The notes below the pieces were generated by a model. The model was not told the DNA's origin. It saw only the letters and a program-made list of their open reading frames with translations, and did not search any database. The position numbers were made by a program, and so were the translations under genes. From NCBI GenBank assembly GCA_965240325.2, contig OZ251233.1, positions 434,001 to 498,000 of the forward strand: DNA of 64,000 nt. Reading direction: 5' to 3'. Origin of the DNA: Rebecca billardiae RCC1528. Taxonomy: Eukaryota; Protista; Haptophyta. Of this stretch, positions 59,189 through 64,000 are shown piece after piece. Numbering within the stretch: the first letter of the stretch is position 1; the number at the start of each line of letters is the position of its first letter.

Positions 59189-59813
59189 CAGGCGGCCATG
59201 AGCGGCGCGCCCGGGTCAGGGTGGCGAGCGTTGGGCAGCCTGGTTAGTCGGATGAGAAGGAGTGTGACTCGCAGGGCTCGCTCGCACTATGCTTCTTGAG
59301 AACGCTGTCAGACTGCGCCGCTGCACCATGACTTGGCCCGGAATGATGGGCCGTGCCAAACGCCGATGAGCAGGCGCAGCAGCGGGCCGTACGGCCGCTG
59401 GCCCTCCTCCGACAGGCCACGTGGCTACAGCACGGCGAGCGGCGCCGCATGCCCGCTGCAGCGCGCGCTGCAGGGCGTGACTGTCGAGCTGGCACGGCGG
59501 GTCGGGGCGCCGTCGCCAGGCATGCGCTCGCAAACTCCGCGTCGTGCCCGTGGCAGCAGCTCCACGGGCGGGGCGGGGCCGAATTGTCGGCGAGCACTCG
59601 CGGGCCTTTGGTGATACCTGCACGCTGCTACTTCTGCGCCGAACGAAGGCGCCGACGACGCTGAACATGGCACGGCCCCAACGACGGCGCTCGGAGGCTG
59701 GGCGCAGGCTGCATCCGCATGGCAAGATGGCATCCGGGCTCTTCGGCTCACCCCCACCCCGATCATGGATGACGGCTTTTCTCTCGCGATCTCTATCTCT
59801 ATCCCCTTACCGC

Positions 59814-60774
59814 AGTCTGCTTCTATACGAAGCAGATTTGGGTGGGCGGCGGCGTGGGAGCGCTGGGCGCGCAGGTAGACGGCGCGAGCGGGCGCGCGCA
59901 CGCTTGGGGGCATCTTTGGGACCATACCCATCGATGACCCGAGCCTCGCCGCCACCGCCCTTCCCCTTCTCCCGTGCCACGGCGTCCAGACGGAGTGCCA
60001 AACGAGCGTTTGAACATGCCACGAAGCAGATTTGGAATGGTGCTCAAACCGCTGCGGAGGTGATCGTCAGGCTGCGGCGTGAGGCTGGGAGGGGTATCAT
60101 AACGTAATGGATGACGGTCGTCACCCGTGCGCCGGTCGGTAGGCTGCTACTCAGCGCCCGTAGGCTCGTACACTGCACCTCGAGCTCAAGATCCCTCACC
60201 GTGGGCTCCGCGCGAGTGACACTGAGCACGAGGAGGGTGTACTTGCGAGGGGTACGCGCGTCGCGCCTGCGATCGACGCCAGGACAAGCGAAGAAGCGAT
60301 ACCACCACTCCCGCGAAGCGCCTGCCTGACTTGCACTCGGTGTACACACTGCGTGCGGCGTGCCGCAAGGAAGGAGCCCGACCCGTGCCTCAGCGTGTCC
60401 CGCGCGACTGGCTGGTGGGCACTTTCAGCGTGATCGGTCATGCGAACGCGCGCAGAGTAACGCGCGCAGTAGTATGTACACTGATGTCTACAATCATCTT
60501 TGTCGGTCGCCCACGTGCTTGAAGCGGCTGCAAGGAGTGCAGCCGGGTGTCGCGGGCCAGTCGAGCGCCCAGCCAGCACGACGGCAGCTCGGCGCCGCCG
60601 CGCGTTGCCATCGTGGAGGCGGTGAAGCTGGAGGTACTAGGCTGGCGGCTGTCTGAGGGTAGCTAGACCATGCCTGGGCACTCTCAAGCCGTGGTCAACG
60701 CCCAGGCGCGCGTGGGTGGGCCGCAAAGCGCGCGCAGCGGCCGCCGTCAAATCTGCTTCCATACGAAGCAGATT
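59814..60774. repeat. Pair of directly repeated 25-bp palindromes
   Basis: AGTCTGCTTC-TATAC-GAAGCAGATT (59814-59838) and AATCTGCTTC-CATAC-GAAGCAGATT (60750-60774); half-site at 60021-60033. Confidence 0.7.
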
Positions 60775-60822
60775 GAACTGCGGTAAGGGGATACTCTCTC
60801 TAGCTCATCAGAGATGAAATAA

Positions 60823-62464
60823 TGGCCCGCGGTGCAGGGCGGAGCGCGCAGCGTGGAGCCCGCACCAGCGGGCCCGAACAACGTTTCAAAAAGATCTTTG
60901 ATCAAGAAAAAAGGGACGGGGGACGATTTTCATGGCCGGAGGAGACCGAGTTTCGAATTTTGAGACCCTCTCTAACATGCATCACGGCCGAAAAAGGTCG
61001 CGCCCACGGCAAGTTCATAGTAAAGCGTGGAGTGACGCCCGTCCAAAAAACTTCACGCCCTTTAGGATCCCTAACGTAACGAACCGTTACAAGCGATTTT
61101 TCCGGCCAATGAGATTGCAGCAAGGTCCAAGGAGCGATGACGTATCTAGATAGAGATTGCCGCGAACCGATGTGACCATGTACGTCCCTTGAATCAGTTG
61201 AATCAACTATTCAATCGCGCCGTGTCTGTATCAGGAGCCGACGAGGCAAGGGTCAGTAGCCGATGGGCCAACCTCGGCGAATCTCAATACTATCTGACAC
61301 CGGAGCGGGAGCCGGGGCGCCGGCGGGCCCGCGTTTTCTACGCCACGGCTGCGGCGAGACCGCGAGAGGATGAGGCGAGCTGACGAGCGACCGACGGGTG
61401 AGGACGGCGATGGGCAGGTGCGCGCGGCGAGTTGCGCCTGGAGCGCGCGGCTGCGGCGGGTCCCGACTGCCGTCGACATCGCGTTCGTGCCCCCGCTCAC
61501 TCCGCGCGCCCCCGCCGCCCCGTGTCGATGCCTGCGCGCGGCCGCGCGCCGGTCGGCGCCGCGGCGCCCCGGCCGCGCCGCGGCAGCCGCCCTGTATTCG
61601 GGCTCTCGCAAGCTCGGGGGCAGCGGCGCCTGATGCCGGACTGATCGATCTCTGAGTCTTCGACTTCACCACGCGCCGCCCTTGCCATGCCTTTCCGGGG
61701 AGCGCCGACGATCCGAGTCCATCGTCGACCGGTCGACTCTGAGCGAGGGCTACGCCTCGGTCGGAACTGAACGGTACTCTACGAGGAGGACGAGCTGCGC
61801 GGGCGACGGTGGTGCGTGACGTCCCCAGAGCTGGCTGTGCCTCTGCAACGCGTGCCGAGCCTGATCGAGGTGTGTCAGCTGCTCGTGCACGCGCGGCGAG
61901 TGCGCGAACCGGATCACCGGTGCCCTCGCACCTCGGCACCGTGCTCCCTCGGGCTGTCAGCTCCGCGTGGCCTGGCGTGCACGTCGAGTTGCGCTCATGC
62001 GTCGATCACGCCTCGCGCCCGCCTGTCGGCCGTCGCGCAGGCGCTGGTCGAACCCTACTCGGACCAGTGCAAATCACCTAACTATCCTGGCGCTGCCGCG
62101 GTGCGCGGTGACCCGCGGCGGGACAGCGGTCAGTCAGCAGCAGCGGCCCGAACGAATCCGCGGCCCCGCACCGTGCTCCCTGGCTGTCAGCTTCGCGTGG
62201 CCTGGCGTGCACGTGGAGTCGCGCTCATGCGTCGATCACGCCTCGTCGCATCCGCCTGTACATAATCGGCGCCGCGCCGGCGGCTGCGAAGTGCGCCGAT
62301 GGGCCCGCGCCCCGGGCGCGGCGGGCGGCGGCGCGCCGCTGGAGTCTAGTTGTACGGGCATGCAACTCCGGGTCTGTCAATAGACGACTGCGATGGAGGG
62401 TGCACCGCCACCGCGGGCCCTGAACTACGTTCGTTCTACGGAAAAGGACCGCGGAACGCGGTCA
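60823..62464. mobile_element. Non-autonomous element with a terminal hairpin, copy 2 (no nested insertions)
   Basis: Same termini and internal blocks as 35157-39470; followed by a short TA run. Confidence 0.85.
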
Positions 62465-62755
62465 TGTATATATATATATATGATTAACGTGACGTGGACG
62501 TGGTATGCAACGGCCAACGGGCAGGCGTCTGAGAGTCAGCAAGCTGTAGCAGCAGATCGAGCAGCAGAGACAAACACCAGTAGGATCAGCGCTCCTCGCA
62601 TGTGTATATTGTAATATAATAACGTGCGTGCGCGCGCTAATATATTCCGTACTGATGTCCGTCACGCTGATGATGATGCGTAGTTAGTTATTATGTATAT
62701 AGTCATCGTCGTAGTAGTATAGCTGTCGTCACGACACTGGAGACTGGCGGCGGGA

Positions 62756-63964
62756 TCATATCGGCATCGTGTCCATCAATGTCCAATTGCTGTGCCTTTG
62801 GCCGCGGGTGCCCCGCCGTAAGACCGGGACCACGCCCGTGTACTTGTGGCGCAGCGCGACAGTGGTGCCAAGCTCCTCGTCACCTGTCCGTCTGTGCGCA
62901 CATATCTGCCGCATCGGCAGGGCGCGCACGTAGCGTTGCGCCAGCACCACGCGCCTCGCGAAGCTGATACGCGGCAGCGGCCTGCGGCTCGCCTCGCTCT
63001 GGGTGCAAGCGCGGATGACCTGGCGCAGGTCCGGCTGCAGCCACATGCCGCCATCCCGGCGCACGAGCTGCACGATTCGTTTGTCGGCGGTATGCCTGAG
63101 CGGCCGTCGGCTGTCGAAGCCGTCATCGAGCAGGGCGCTCGCGTAGTCCCAGTACTTGAAGGCCTCGGCGGGGAGGGGCGACCAGAGCACCGACGGCACG
63201 CCGAGCGAGTCCGAGAGGATGAGGCCGTGCAGCGAGCTGGAGACGACCACGTCGCACCGGCCGATGGCGCGCATCACGTCGAGCGCCGCCTGCGCGTGCG
63301 AGATCACCTTGAGTCCGAGCGCGCGCGCCGCCGGCCGGAGCGTCCGGTCCACGCCATGCGGGATCGCGCACACGCCGTCGCCGCCGCGCGCGGAGATGTT
63401 GAAGGAGCTCGGGATCAGCAGCGGCGCGAACAGCCCGGGGTCGCCGATCGCAGGCGACAGGCTGGGGCGCCCGCTCGCCGCGCGCAGTACAGTGAGCGAG
63501 TGGTGGCCGCGCAGGGCGGCGATCGTCACGTTTCCCGAGCGAATGACTCCGCGCGCGTAGCTCGACAGCCGATGCTGGCGCAGCCCGACGCCCGCAAAGA
63601 TGTCGCCGGGCTGCACGAGATCTGCGTTGACGCCGATGAGCATCAGCTTGCCGTGCATCGCGGGATTCCGAGTCTCGGGCGCCTGCTCGAGAGGGAGGCG
63701 GAGTATCGCCGCCCACAAGTCGATGCTGAGGTCGTCACCAAAGTTCAAGCGCCCCCATTGCGCGTTGGGCGGCCTCAAGATGTACACGGGCGCGGGCGAT
63801 GCGCACGGCAGGTGCTTGTCGAGAATCGTGCGAAGCGAGCGCCGCGCGTTTTCAAGCGCGTCGGGATCCCCACGAAAGTGCCGCACCTCGGCGGGCGACA
63901 TGGGCACGCACGGGGCGTGATGAGGCGCCGCGCCGCAGAAGATGATCGCGAGGCCGAGGTGCAT
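62756..63964 (-). CDS. Polysaccharide pyruvyltransferase family protein (ExoV-like)
   Basis: NFGDDLS, AGVG, ALRG, IGDPGL, IPH, VVSSSLHGLILSDSLGVP, FKYWDY; intronless; hydrophobic N-terminus. Confidence 0.85.
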   Translation of the reverse strand: MHLGLAIIFCGAAPHHAPCVPMSPAEVRHFRGDPDALENARRSLRTILDKHLPCASPAPVYILRPPNAQWGRLNFGDDLSIDLWAAILRLPLEQAPETRNPAMHGKLMLIGVNADLVQPGDIFAGVGLRQHRLSSYARGVIRSGNVTIAALRGHHSLTVLRAASGRPSLSPAIGDPGLFAPLLIPSSFNISARGGDGVCAIPHGVDRTLRPAARALGLKVISHAQAALDVMRAIGRCDVVVSSSLHGLILSDSLGVPSVLWSPLPAEAFKYWDYASALLDDGFDSRRPLRHTADKRIVQLVRRDGGMWLQPDLRQVIRACTQSEASRRPLPRISFARRVVLAQRYVRALPMRQICAHRRTGDEELGTTVALRHKYTGVVPVLRRGTRGQRHSNWTLMDTMPI

Positions 63965-64000
63965 GGGTGAGGGATCGGGCGACAATCAGGGATCAGGGTG

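Noticed and set aside
59216-60660. Protein-coding gene in this interval
   Set aside because: Many short overlapping ORFs, none with a recognisable motif or host-like codon bias.
35157-62464. The two repeat copies as LTRs of a 27-kb retroelement or giant transposon
   Set aside because: Although the ends are TG...CA, the interval holds ordinary host genes, no gag/pol or integrase was seen, the copies diverge centrally and there is no shared outer TSD. Solo-LTR origin of each copy is not fully excluded.

Overview
Extremely GC-rich eukaryotic genomic DNA with compact genes and short GC-rich GT-AG introns. Composition and gene style suggest a haptophyte alga such as Diacronema/Pavlova (inference). 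About 21 genes are supported. They include a Vti1-like SNARE, a polycystin-1-like (CTL/REJ/GPS/EF-hand) receptor, MsrA, a DUF6314 protein, an ABHD17-like hydrolase, an F-box/RCC1 protein, cytochrome P450 reductase, CSRNP-like and PDAP1-like proteins, a giant intronless RME-8/DNAJC13, myotubularin, a PH-domain protein and a bacterial-type polysaccharide pyruvyltransferase. Many genes lie in tight head-to-head pairs. The most unusual non-genic structure is a 6.4 kb transposon island (35157-41516). It holds a ~1.6 kb hairpin-ended element carrying two nested TIR elements with clean target-site duplications; an empty copy of the host lies at 60823-62464. Next to it is a CACAGT-ended element whose right terminus resembles a V(D)J RSS heptamer plus nonamer. 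Other features are a TG...CA element among (TA)n tracts, a gene frameshifted by a perfect 20-bp tandem duplication, a pre-miRNA-like hairpin and a repeated palindrome. No tRNA, rRNA or CRISPR was seen. Most long overlapping ORFs in the track are GC-rich shadow frames. All family assignments are by eye and were not confirmed by search.
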